This document shows positions 31,375-47,730 of a stretch of DNA of 64,000 bases, in pieces (position 1 is the first letter of the stretch; each line of letters begins with the position of its first letter). Under the pieces are notes generated by a model. The model was given only the letters and a program-made list of their open reading frames with translations, was not told the origin of the DNA and did not search any database. The position numbers and the translations under genes are program-made. Source of the stretch: Eledone cirrhosa (taxonomy: Eukaryota); the NCBI GenBank assembly GCA_964016885.1, contig OZ024743.1:180606001-180670000 (forward strand), written 5' to 3'.

Positions 31375-32597
31375 ATTTACATTATATATATTGGACGGAT
31401 AGGTGTCCTCATCTTGTTTTGTTGTTAACACAACGTTTCGGCTGATGTACTCTCCAGCCTTCATCAGGAGTCCTAGTGATGTTATTATTAACGTTTGTTC
31501 AGGTCACTGCCTAGAATTGAACTCGGAATCTTGACGTTAGTAGCAGGCTTTTTAACCACTTTTTTTTTCTCGTGAATGGAAAAAGAAAAATACAATCAGC
31601 TAGCATTCCTTAATGTATTAATAACACGCACTGAGTATGGGCTCAAGACATCCGCAAGCCAACCTTCACTGGACGATACCTCAACTACAATTCCCACGAT
31701 CCAGACAGTGTAAAGAGAGGGATGGTTCAGTGTCTAAAACATCGAGCAAAGAATATAAGTAGCGACCCTGATACACACCACTAAGAAATGATCAAGCTAA
31801 GTAACAATTTGTTAAGCAACAACTATCCAAAAAACATACTATCCACTCCAATTAGGAAGGGGAGAGAGGATGAAACCCAAAAATTGACCACAGTCTGTCT
31901 ACCCTATGTAAAAGGCCTCTCGGAAAAGATATGCGGTCCATATGACATCAGGACAGTATTCAAGAGTAATAAAACACTTCGCAAATATCTCCTTCGAGAA
32001 GAACCACTAATAGAAGAGAATATGACCAAACACTGCATGTACTCCATCCCATGCAGTTGTGGTAGGTTATACAAAGGCGAAACAGGCCGCCCCCTCAAAA
32101 TAAGGGTAGAAGAACATCGTAAAGCTGTGACACGAGGAGAGATTGATAAACAGAGTATAGTTGATCATGTATGGAAAAAAGGGAAACCACCTTCCCCTGT
32201 TGGATGAAGGTAAAATAATAGACAGAGAACACCACTGGAAAATACGAAAACTAAAAGAGGCAGCACATATGCTAGGACACAATAACCTCCTAAGCAGACC
32301 TAGTGCAGATATGAGTAGTATATGGGAACAGGTATTGTGGAAGGATAGAAAAATATCAGTTTATAAGCCCTAAAAAGTAAAAAAAATAAAAATTCACGAG
32401 AGAAAAAAAGTGGTTAAAAAGCGGGCTACTAACCTCAATATTCCGAGTACAATTCTAAGCAGGGATCTGAACAAACGTTAATAATAACATCACTAGGACT
32501 CCTGGTGAAGGCTGGAGAGTACATCAGCCGAAACGTTATGTTAACAACAAAACAAGATGAGAACACCTATCCGTCCAATATATATATAATGTAATTT
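31375..32597 (+). mobile_element. 5'-truncated Penelope/Poseidon-type PLE with inverted pseudo-LTR (about 31375-31576 vs about 32394-32597)
   Basis: RT thumb (TGRYLNYNSH), LPYVKGLSEKI, GIY-YIG-like CMYSIPCSCGRLYKGETGRPLKIRVEEH, RKLKEA; disrupted frames. Confidence 0.88.
31428..31471 (-). ncRNA. Minimal PLE HHR (the plus-strand copy at 32498-32541 has CTGGTGA)
   Basis: CTGATGA-aggctg-gagagtacat-cagcc-GAAACGTT. Confidence 0.72.
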
Positions 32598-32774
32598 ATT
32601 TTAAGTTGATACATGGCTAATTATTATAGAAAAACTAGATAATCGATTGAATCGACACCAGTGCGTTAATAGTACATAATCGATTAATAGTGCATTTTTA
32701 TCGATTCTCATCAGGTTAAACGGTAAATTCGACTGGTTGCCATATAGAAACAAGAATTATAAGTAATATTGGTT

Positions 32775-32975
32775 TCTGATTTGGGCACAAGGACAAGAAG
32801 TTTTGAGGGGAGGGGAAAGTCGACTAAATCGACTCCAGTGCATTACTGGTACTTTATTTTATCGACCCTGTAAGGATAAAAGGCAAAGCTAACCTCAGCG
32901 GGATTTGATCTCAGAACGTAAAGGGACGTAACTGTGCTGCAAAGCATGGCGTCCGACCCTCTACGGATACTGCCA
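32775..32975 (-). mobile_element. tRNA-derived SINE (resembles octopus SINEs with a Meta/MESC-type core)
   Basis: Reverse complement of 34392-34570. Confidence 0.8.
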
Positions 32976-33816
32976 ATAATAATGGTGTCTATTTTAATCG
33001 CTTTATTTGGGAGTAGCGGAATAAATCGACATCATTAATTTGTTCTGATAACGCAGCCGTCGTGATTTGTGATGAAGAATTGGTCAAAAAACCACCTCGC
33101 CTCAAGCAAGTCGGGCGTGATACCTTTTCTACAAACCTTTTCTCTATGTTTCTAATTAGCTCTCTCTCTCTCTCTCTCTAAACTAGCTTTTTCTATCGTT
33201 ATCTTACTAAACTTTATCGATTTTTTTCAGGAGGAACCATTATATGTTGTAGACGATAGCCTCTATCAACACCCGTTTAACAAGTTGACTAATCCGGCTT
33301 TTGCAAGCTTTCTATGCCGTGAATAATGTAATATGTTGAAATGGGGTAATGTTTCTCGTTTTTTTTTAAATTGGCAAACTCAACTCCACTGTACTAAATA
33401 TCCTCCCCTGGGTTATATAGTGCTTTATGCTCAAGATTGTTATGCTGTATCTTTCAACTAATATCCCCCCTCTCTATATCTATCTCTCTACAATATATAT
33501 ATACAAATGTATCTTTCTCTCTCCTGAATATTATGGGGGAGGGGTTGTATCCTTGAGGACATACCCTGGCACAGCCATTCACACGATTCGACCGACTTTT
33601 GTTACGAGCTGCATGAACTTGGTAAAACCTTTTATTTGGTTATTTCGGTCGTGTCTGTTGGTCTTGATTTTGTTGTGAAGGTTGCGCTCGTAGCAAACGT
33701 CATCTGTTGTTTGTCATTATAGTAGTAGCCGTAGCAGTAGCGTTCCCGTTGTAGTTCCACTACCCATTGTACTCGCAATGACGACTCCTGTCCCAGTGTT
33801 ACTTGATATACTGGTA

Positions 33817-34133
33817 AGGGCCAGATTTAATGGGAGCGCCAATGGGGCAGTTGTCCCGGGTGCTCTGAATTGGCGTGACCCACCAGCGCCGTAGCAATAT
33901 ATTTGTGCCCTCAGCTGGGTTTTTAGTTTTAGGACGGTTAAATCTTTTTAATTTAATGCCTGTATGTAAAACTTTTTAATTCCAAAACTTTTTAATTCCA
34001 ATTACTTGCGCCAAGGAAACTTTGATATGTAAAATTAGTGGGGTGCTATGTATTCTAATAGTTTGTGTATGAGCCCAGCCCCCCTCCCCCCCCAAAAAAA
34101 AATCTGAAGTTTACCGGGCCCAAATCCAGCGCT
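33817..34133. mobile_element. Possible degenerate MITE
   Basis: Imperfect terminal inverted repeats agggccagattt ... aaatccagcgct. Confidence 0.3.
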
Positions 34134-34391
34134 AGTACTGGTGGTGTTCGTCGCAGAGATGGTGTCTGAATGTTTGGTGGGGATTATAGTAGTGGATTTA
34201 CTGTTTTCGATTTTGTTTTTCATTGTTGAGGTATTTTTTGTTGTTTTAGATGTTATGTTCTGCGGACACCATGGAAATATTTATTTGTCTTCATTTTTTG
34301 TTTCTTTCTAAAAATTAGTGACCCTCTTTAAAAAATAAAGTCCAGAATTTATTAACAAGAGTTTAACGTATTAATATTATAAACTAAAACT

Positions 34392-34570
34392 GGCGGTGAA
34401 TTGGCAGTATCGGTGGAGGGTTGGACGCTATGCTTTACAGCATAGAGTTACGTCCCTTTACGATCTGAGTTCAAATCCTGCCGAGGTTAACTATGCCTTT
34501 CATCCTTACGGGGTCGATAAAATAATGTACCAGTAATACACTGGGTAATTGCTGGCCTTGTGCCAAAAGT
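34392..34570 (+). mobile_element. tRNA-derived SINE
   Basis: A-box-like tggcagtatcgg; B box gagttcaaatcc (34467-34478); core gcctttcatccttacggggtcgataaaat..gtaccag. Confidence 0.82.
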
Positions 34571-34664
34571 ATAAACAATATTATAGTCTAAAACTAAAAA
34601 CGCATACAAAGTCAAGGTAAACACTTGTGATGCAAACAAAAACAACAACAATAATAATAATGAT

Positions 34665-34879
34665 TTCTACTATAGGCACAAGGCCAGTAATTTTGGGGGG
34701 AGGAGAAAATCGATTAGATCGATCCCTGTGCGTTACTGGTACTATATTTTATAGACCCCATAAGGATGAAAGTCAAAGCTAACCTCGGCAGCATTTGAAC
34801 TCAGAATGTAAAGGGCCGTAATTCTATGCCACAAAGCATGTTTTTCGACCTTCTAACGATACTTCCAATCCACTGCCCT
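34665..34879 (-). mobile_element. tRNA-derived SINE, tail-to-tail with the previous copy
   Basis: Same family in reverse orientation. Confidence 0.8.
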
Positions 34880-36578
34880 CTAATTATTAACACGAACATT
34901 TGCTCCACGCTCGCTTTTGGATGAAGAATTATTCCTATTCAGAAAATTCTGCCAAACTCACTTTACTACATTAGATGTGGTATGTTTAATATTTGTTTAG
35001 GTCTGATGATGTTATCAAAGAGAAAACTGATACTATATTTGCTGCTATACGTTTGACATTACAAATTGTTAATATTCCTTTCTGAGGTATTGTTGGAAAT
35101 GTTTGCCTCAATGCTGCTGATATCATTTAAAAATACATTTTCTTCTTGTTGTATATTCACATTTTGCTCTATGGTAAATGTGTTCCCTTTTATATATGTT
35201 GTTTTTAACTTTCTCCCCTGGTTACATTCTGTTTTTTTCTAGCAGTTGAATTTAAACTGAGTAACATTATGTACAAGATTTTAAAAATGAAAAAAAAAAG
35301 TTTCTTCCCTTAGAGATTTGTAGAATGTTTCCATGGAGAAAATATGTTAAGAGACAAGATAGAGTAATAGATTAAGACCAGAAAGAAGAGGAGGCACAGA
35401 GGAGAACAAATACTCACAGAATGTGTGACGAAAGAAGTTTGACAATTTAACCAATAATTATATAGAGTGAAAAGTGAAAATCTATGGTGCGTGTGTTTTC
35501 TTATTGGCCATACGGACAACATGACTAGCCCGAATAAAGAAAATGTTTACTTACGTTTTAGACTTGGTAAAACCCAAATTTGGTGAGGCAAAATATCACA
35601 TATCTATCCACTACAAACACTAATATTATATAAATAGGCAAATAATGAAATATATTTAAGGGACATGTTAATCGATTATATGACATTCATTTCAAGATAT
35701 TCATTTTTCTTGTCAAGGAATGATGAAAATTAAATTCGACTGTGGCATGAAATGAATTAAGTAATTAGAAACTGTCTAAAGAAAGAATTGCTAGGCAGAT
35801 GTTACGAACAAAGCCAACTTGTAGGTGACTTCGGGATAAACCCCAAGCAAAATGGTTGGATAGCATCCACAAGCTTGGCTGGTCTCGCTTGGAGATCCAG
35901 CTTCGGATCAGTTGGAGACGGTTGCTTCTGACAGGACCCACTAGAAGGAGTGTTTGAGGACTCTGCCCCCACGACCTTCTCAGAAATATATAGAAGAAAT
36001 TAGCATAAATCGCTATGTGTAGCCTTCTACACAGTAACTTAGTCCAACGTCTTTTATATAAAAAAAACCCATCTCATCATACTCAAGTTCTGTATAAATC
36101 AATATATAAAAGACTTATTGAAATAATAAAAATGTATCATTTTACATAATCATATAAGTTTATTTAACCATCGATCACCGGCAATGAAGTCTATTTCTAC
36201 AATTCAATAATATACTAGAAATTCACGGTGAAAATGATTAAAAAAAACATTTTTTCCTATATTATATTGAATCGTATAATTTCATCAGAAGCCAATCGAC
36301 ACCATATTTTCTAATTAAAGATTTCAGACAGACGCATTCTGTGAAAAAGCAATATTGACCTTTTATTAAGACAGTATCGAGAAGACTAAACTTAGCGTGT
36401 TTCATTACACTATGACTTGACAACTTTTAGCTTCGATTTATATATTTGTATTTCCTATATAACCTTTCTTTTGGTAGATTCTTCGATAGTCTACATGTAA
36501 TTTATGCCACTTTTCACTTTTATCTTTTTCAAATATAGGAAACTATATACATATATATATTATTATATACATATATAC

Positions 36579-36623
<45 letters not shown>

Positions 36624-36833
36624 GGTTTCAGTTGGAGGTAACCACAGTAAGTAAGGTAACATCATGTATAATATAGAAATGGTTTCTACAGGACTAGAAC
36701 TGTTTCATTCAAAAGAAATTTTCAGGAGATCCTGATTTCTTTAGAAACCATTTCTATATTAAACATGGTATATATATATATATATATAGTGACGAAACAT
36801 AAGTCAATTGCATGAATTCCTAATCCTTTATTT

Positions 36834-36889
36834 ACTGCTATATATATTTCGATGATAGCCATTGAATGGCTATGACCTCATCAGGCAGT
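36834..36889 (-). ncRNA. Type I HHR (same family as 10857)
   Basis: actgc-CTGATGA-ggtcatagcc-attcaat-ggctatcatc-GAAAT-atat-ATA-gcagt then AATAAA. Confidence 0.75.
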
Positions 36890-36977
36890 TAGTCAGTTCT
36901 TAGATATGCCAGATCTGTGTTTATAGTGTTGATGGTATCAGAGCCTTGGGACATATGCATTTGTCATTCTTTTTATC

Positions 36978-37033
<56 letters not shown>

Positions 37034-37286
37034 GATAAAAAGAATGACAAATGCATATACAGTTAGTTTAGTCCTTATTCAGAAGATAGATATATAAGAA
37101 GATAGAGAGAGAGAAAAGTTAATTTGAAGAAAATTGAAAGTAATCAACAGAGTATAGTGTATAAAATATATGGAAAATTACACTGCTGATGGCTGATATC
37201 TCTTACAGTACGAGTCAGTATTAATTCTGTTATATGTATCTCCAATATTCAAAAATATATGTGTGTGTGTAAGTACATACACACAC

Positions 37287-37319
<33 letters not shown>

Positions 37320-37381
37320 TGTATGTATGTATGTATGTATGTATGTATGTATGTATGTATGTATATGTATATGTATGTATG

Positions 37382-37524
<143 letters not shown>

Positions 37525-37545
37525 ATATATATATATATATATATG

Positions 37546-37825
37546 TTAGGTCAGGTCACCAGTTGGTGCTACTGGTAACATGTATCCCAGTACAACCTGT
37601 CTCATGGTCGGGTTGTTGGCGACTAAACTGGCAACCCCACCAAGGTTTCTTGGTGAGGAGGGTGACTTTGGTCATCCTGCAGGACTAAAAACAAAACCTG
37701 TCAAAGGGCAAAGGAGCTCTTAAGAGTCAATGGCCATCCAAAATCACCGGGAGAGATGACCCCTTAGCCTTTGTCAAGGCAGAATTCTAGGAGAAGGAAA
37801 ACTCTGATATAACACCTGCAACCCT
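37546..37825 (+). mobile_element. Probable RTE-clade LINE 5' UTR fragment
   Basis: ctaggagaaggaaaactctga and taaactggcaacccc motifs, recalled from RTE 5' UTRs; starts in (TA)n. Confidence 0.45.
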
Positions 37826-38172
37826 GATGGTATCCAATGATGTTGACTTGTTCTTCTTTTTGGTAAATATCATCTTGGTTAAGAGAGTGGGACTGGCTTT
37901 GTGCAGTGCCTTTGCTCACTATAAAAGCTTCACGGCACAGGCATTGCTTTATATCTGGAGATCTCTCTGCACTTGTCCTCAGATGGTACCATGGGCCCAG
38001 CACTATGTGTCAATAATTGTCACAAGTGTAGTGTTTGTACCAGAGTTTTCAAGTTGCTGGCTGGACTAAAAAGTCACACTCGTTCAGCGCTTCGGTAGGG
38101 GTTCTCCTACATGGATATAAAGTAGTGGCCGTACTCGAAAACGAGTTGGCAGCCACCATATATATATGTATG

Positions 38173-38291
<119 letters not shown>

Positions 38292-38310
38292 ATATATATA
38301 TATATATATG

Positions 38311-38414
<104 letters not shown>

Positions 38415-38416
38415 AT

Positions 38417-40788
<2,372 letters not shown>

Positions 40789-43326
40789 ATAACTTTGAAT
40801 AACTTTGAAATGTTTTGGCCAGTATTGGCCCAGGCCATGTCTAACTTAATAGCACCACCTGGCGAAGTCTTTCAATTCAGGATTTGGTCACCATGGCCCA
40901 TTCGAGAAGAGAATTACTGTTTGCGGTAACATATCCGGGTGTGGGTGGTTTGTCCGGGATTACTTGGAGGAATTTGTCCAAAGACTTCTTGAATTTTGTG
41001 TGGTCAGTTTCTGTTTTGACGTGTCCTGGTGTGATGTTGAAGAGAGCAGGGCCGATTGAGGTGAAATAATTGTGCCGTATTGTTGTTATGAGTTGCGATT
41101 TAGATTTTTGAATGGGACGGATAGCACGGGGCCCAAGCCTTGGGTGTATCTTGAAGGCGATGCCAACATCATTTGGGCAGTGATGATGGAACATTTTCCA
41201 CATCATGCAGATAATATAACGCTCACGGCGACGTTGGAGTGAGTAAAGTTTCAGGTTTTCTAATCGACCCCAGTAGTCAAGGTCTGACATGCCATCTATC
41301 TTTTTCGTGATTGCCCTTTGAGGAGCTTCAAGTTTCATGATACTTTGTTTCGTGTGGGGAGACCACAGTGGACAACAGTATTCAAGGTGTGGTCGGGCGA
41401 AAGTAGAGAAGAGAAGGATAATGGTGCGGGAATCTCTCGACTGGAAGGTTCTGAGGATCCAGGAACACATTCTGCGGGCCATGTCAACTTTGCTGCTTAT
41501 ATGCGTGGTCCAGCTTATGTTGCTGTCCACGGTTACTCCCAAGTCTCTGATGTTGTTAGATGCCACGAGAGTTTCCCCGGAGGGAAGGGAGTACGGGAGT
41601 TTCAGAGCATCCTCTTTTCCAAAGTGGATCAGTTCGAATTTGTCTTCGTTCAGTAACATGTTGTTCTTTTCTGCCCATTGAGTAACAGCCAGTAGGTCTG
41701 ACTGAAGGCTTATCCGGTCATCCACGCCATTGATGACCTTTTGGAGCTTGGAATCATCAGCGAAAATTTTAATGTTGCTGTGTTTGATGATGTCAGTGAT
41801 GTCATTAATATAGATGATGAAGAGAAGTTGGCCCAACACAGTGCCTTGTGGGACCCCACTACTGACTTTGGCTGGGCTTGATTTGACTCCCTCAACTACA
41901 ACATGTTCGGTTCTGTTTGACAGGAAGCTCTTGATCCACTGCAGCAGCTTTCCAGTGACACCAATATTGGACAGCTTTCGCAGTAGAATGTTATGATCAA
42001 CCCTGTCAAAGGCCTTGCTGAAATCAAGGTAGATAACATCAGTGTTGGAACCCTCTCCCAAGGCTCCAAAATGTCATCAAAGTGATGCAGTAGCTGCGTC
42101 AGGCAATCCCTTCCATTACGGAATCCATGCTGGTTGGAGTTCAGCATATTGTTACTCTCAAGGAAGTGGGTCATTCGCGATCTCACCACTCGCTCAAATA
42201 CCTTAATGATATGAGAGGTGAGTGAGATTGGACGGTAATTCACGGCAAGGGATTTGTTTCCCTTTTTGAAAACTGGGACAACAGACTGGGATAGAAGGTT
42301 TTCTGGCACATATCCAGCAACCAGTGAGTTCCGCCACAGATTGGCAAGAGGAGATGCAAGTTGGTGTTGACACGCCTTCAAGACACAAGCAGGGAACCTA
42401 TCGGGACCTACTGCTGAATTATGCTTGATTTCCTTTATTGCCGCCAAGACATCAGGTGCGCCAAACGTTATGTCCGATAAGGTGTAATGGGGAGTAACAT
42501 CGCCGATACAGCCCAGATCGGCCAAATCAGGATTGCTGAAAACAGAGCAGTATTGTTTCTGCAGTATCTCACCCATGGTTTTAGCATTGTCTTGAAGAGT
42601 GCCATTTTCATCAATTAGAGGGCCAACAGTAGAGCCAGTGATTTTGTGTTTTTTTGCAAATGAAAAGAACACTTTGGGATTGAGTTTGATCTTCTCAATG
42701 GCCCAGGCCTCTTCAGCTCTTCTCTGATTGTTGATGAGGGACATTATGTTGTTTTGGAGGTTATGTTTTTTAATCTCTAGTGATGAAATGGCAGTCAAGT
42801 TGATGTGTTGCTGCTGACAGTATTTCAGCTTGTTGATTTTTTTGTTCGTTCTCTTAATTTTTCTGATGAGCGTTTTTCTATTTCTAGGGATTCTGCTCTT
42901 AGATTTGTTTATAGTTCTTAATGGGGTGTGTTTAGCACATATGTTTGTAACAGTGTCCACAAATGTCTGCCAGGACTTTTTGATGTTAGTGGGTGTATGA
43001 GTGTGCGTGAAGGACCAGTCGACATGTGCAAGATCATGACTGATCGCTTCCCAGTTTGCATTGTGGAAATCCATAGCGTCAAACGGATGGACAGGAGAGA
43101 TGACATTGGGTTTGTATATTGGACGGTGGAATCTCAGATCACAGAGAACCATGTCATGATCAGAGAGTAGAGTTTTCTCCACTGCAATATTGTGGATATT
43201 GTCAGTGTGATTGCTGAAAATTAAGTCTAGGACGTTTTTGTGGCACCTGGTTGGTTCGAGCACCAGTTGGGATAGGAAGAAATCATCCATGAAGTCAAGA
43301 AGCGATTCCACAGCTTCCCTGTCAGG
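40789..43326 (-). mobile_element. 5'-truncated LINE family 1 copy (ORF2 with a 1-bp frameshift near 42066)
   Basis: Near-identical to about 3019-5553; both ends lie in (TA)n. Confidence 0.94.
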
Positions 43327-44296
<970 letters not shown>

Positions 44297-45625
44297 ATGG
44301 AAAAATTTGAACAGGAACAAAACAGAGAGGCAGTACAACAAATGTTTATTAATTTCACGCTCTGGAGAGTGGTATGGTGGTGGGGAACGACGTTTCGGGC
44401 ATAAGCCCTTCCTCAGGTGAGAAGTGTGTGGTAACAGAGTTCAAAGGATGTGTAGGGGAGTGGTGGAGAGACATATAGCGAAAGGAAACGGTGCGAATGA
44501 AATTAAAAATAAAAATAAAAATAAAGCATGATCAAAATACAAGGAATGAAATAAAATTAAATATAAAAGCATGATCAAAATAAACTGAAATTAAAAAGGG
44601 GGTAAAACAGGTGGTGGAAGGGTGTGGGGGGGTGTAGGGGGTGGGGGTGGAGTGGGGAGAGGGAGACAGGGTGTCCGAGCGGGGAGGGCTGAAGGTGGTG
44701 TGTGTGTGTAGGTGTACGTGTGTGTGTGTGTGTGTGTGTATGTGAAAGTAAGGGTTGGGGGAAGAACGGGGTTGCATGTTCAGGAAGAGGTGTCGGGGGG
44801 ATGGGGTTGTAGTTCGGAGTGTCTGTGCGTGTGTGGATAGAATGGGTGGGGGGAGAGGAATCAGGAGGCTGAGGGTGTAAATATGTGGTGGAAAGCACGT
44901 GTGTCTGGGGTTTAAGCGTGTTGTGGGTGTAGGTGGCGTGTGGAGAAAAACATTTTGTGGGGTGTGTGTGGGTGAGTTATATAGGTGATTCCGTAAGAAG
45001 ATGGTTGAAAAGTTAGGAAAATCCTATGACATTTAGTGGATTCCGTGGTGGTCAATTTCCACATACGAGTATTCCATGAAGAGATGGTCGGAAGAGGAGA
45101 GATGTGAGGTGCGCGCGCAACAGGAAGTGGTCAAGCAGTGGGAGTGTTGTGTGTCTGTTTGTGCTGGGAGGTGGTCAGAGGGCATAGCAGCAGTCGGTGG
45201 AATGGTAAATGGGTGAGGATGGGTAAGTGTGAAAGTTGGAGTGAGGAGGGTGTGTGTGTGTATTAGTAGAGGTGTTAGTGGGATGAGTGAGTGTGGAGAG
45301 AGGGTGTGGGTGGAGCGGGGAGAGAAGGGTGTATGTAGTTCTATGGAGGGAGGGTGGTGTACTGGTGTATGTGTAGTTTGATGAAGGGGGTGTTAGTGGG
45401 TGTTAGTATACGGGAGGTGGGGAAGGGTTGAATGCAGGTGTAAGTGGGGGTTAGTGGTGGTAGGGTGTGTAGAGTTGGTGGTGTACGAGGGTGTGCATGG
45501 GGTTGGGGGTTGTTAGTGATGTTAGTTGCGTGTGGGGTGGGTGGTGTAAGTGGGTGCGTGTGTTCGTGTGCTTGAGGTCAGGGGGTGTTAGTGAGGTTAG
45601 TTGCGGGATGGTGGGATGGAGGTGT
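44297..45625 (-). mobile_element. Strand-skewed (G/T-rich on plus) non-coding segment, probably a PLE 3' region, with a minimal HHR at 44386-44419
   Basis: Minus strand CTGAGGA-agggc-ttat-gccc-GAAACGTC, AATAAA about 35 nt downstream; (TA)n flanks. Confidence 0.55.
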
Positions 45626-45634
45626 ATATGTATA

Positions 45635-45670
<36 letters not shown>

Positions 45671-45676
<6 letters not shown>

Positions 45677-46363
45677 ATATTTGGGGAGGGTCATATTTGC
45701 GTAATATTGCCAGAATTAATAACAGAACACACTCACTGTTTGGTTGGTTTTCGCTTCTCGCTGTCTTTTATATATATATATCTGCGATCTAACTTACTCG
45801 GTCCTCAATGTTGCCATTGACTGACCGGCGGTCAAAAATAATACAGATACAATATAGACAAACACATATATATATAGTTTACATAAATCTTTCGTTGCAC
45901 ATCTGCAACATCGTCAGTGGTGTTATATTCATTGTTCCTCCTGTTGTGTTGTATGTCTACGCCATTTTTTTTGTTCAGTCTGTCAAGACTGTTCAGACTG
46001 AACAAAAAAAATGGCGTAGACATACAACACAACAGGAGGAACAATGAATATAACACCACTGACGATGTTGCAGATGTGCAACGAAAGATTTATGTAAACT
46101 ATATATATATATGTGTTTGTCTATATTGTATCTGTATTATTTTTGACCGCCGGTCAGTCAATGGCAACATTGAGGACCGAGTAAGTTAGATCGCAGATAT
46201 ATATATATAAAAGACAGCGAGAAGCGAAAACCAACCAAACAGTGAGTGTGTTCTGTTATTAATTCTGGCAATATTACGCAAATATGACCCTCCCCAAATA
46301 TAACAATATCTGTTTCGACACACGATTTCATATAAAGAACCTCGCAAAACTAATTCATCGCCG

Positions 46364-46364
<1 letters not shown>
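45671..46364 (+). mobile_element. Fold-back non-coding unit (family G) with HHR-like motifs at 46055-46095 (+) and 45881-45922 (-)
   Basis: Arms about 45671-45982 and 45995-46308; CTGACGA-t-gttgca-gatg-tgcaac-GAAA-gattta; stem I weak. Confidence 0.72.
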
Positions 46365-46437
<73 letters not shown>

Positions 46438-46525
46438 GTATATATATATATATGTATGTATATGTATATATATATATATATGTATGTATATATATATATA
46501 TATATGATGTATATGTATATATATG

Positions 46526-46620
<95 letters not shown>

Positions 46621-46675
46621 GTATGTATATATATATATATGTATGTATATGTATATATATATATATTTTTTTTTT

Positions 46676-46890
46676 TTCACCGTATTTTAAACTAACGAAA
46701 TTTCTAGCCTGATAGTGGGGTTTATAACCCTCGGAGAAATGGAAAAAGATGAGTGTTGCCGTACAGGTTATAAACCCCACTATCAGGCTAGAAATTTCTT
46801 TAGTCTAAAATACGGTGAAAGCTTATAATTTCAAACTCGCGCACCGCTTCAAAAACATACTTACAAATTTACGTTTATAATTTGCTTGTT
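46676..46890. repeat. Hairpin element (inverted arms of about 54 bp) plus a tail of about 70 bp; second copy at 62272-62500
   Basis: tttcaccgtatttt..tttctagcctgatagtggggtttataacc / ggttataaaccccactatcaggctagaaa..aaaatacggtgaaa. Confidence 0.8.
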
Positions 46891-46910
46891 TATATATATA
46901 TATGTGTATG

Positions 46911-46963
<53 letters not shown>

Positions 46964-46968
46964 CTATG

Positions 46969-47001
<33 letters not shown>

Positions 47002-47030
47002 ATGTATATATATATATATATATATGTATG

Positions 47031-47077
<47 letters not shown>

Positions 47078-47102
47078 ATGTATATATATATATATATGTA
47101 TG

Positions 47103-47146
<44 letters not shown>

Positions 47147-47154
47147 TGTATATG

Positions 47155-47221
<67 letters not shown>

Positions 47222-47359
47222 GTACATATATATGTATGTATATGTATATATATATATATATGTATGTATATGTATATATATATATATATATGTATATGTA
47301 TATATATATGTATGTATATGTATATATATATATATATGTATGTATATGTAAATATATAT

Positions 47360-47393
<34 letters not shown>

Positions 47394-47426
47394 ATATGTA
47401 TATGTATATATATATATGTATGTATA

Positions 47427-47458
<32 letters not shown>

Positions 47459-47465
47459 CATATAC

Positions 47466-47550
<85 letters not shown>

Positions 47551-47587
47551 CATATATATATATATACATATATATATATTTATATAC

Positions 47588-47718
<131 letters not shown>

Positions 47719-47730
47719 CATATATATATA

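Noticed and set aside
34900-36500. Possible host exon or LTR fragment in unique AT-rich DNA
   Set aside because: No convincing ORF, splice context, paired LTR or primer-binding site
37830-38158. Possible decayed coding fragment on the minus strand
   Set aside because: Multiple stops and no motif I can confidently recognise
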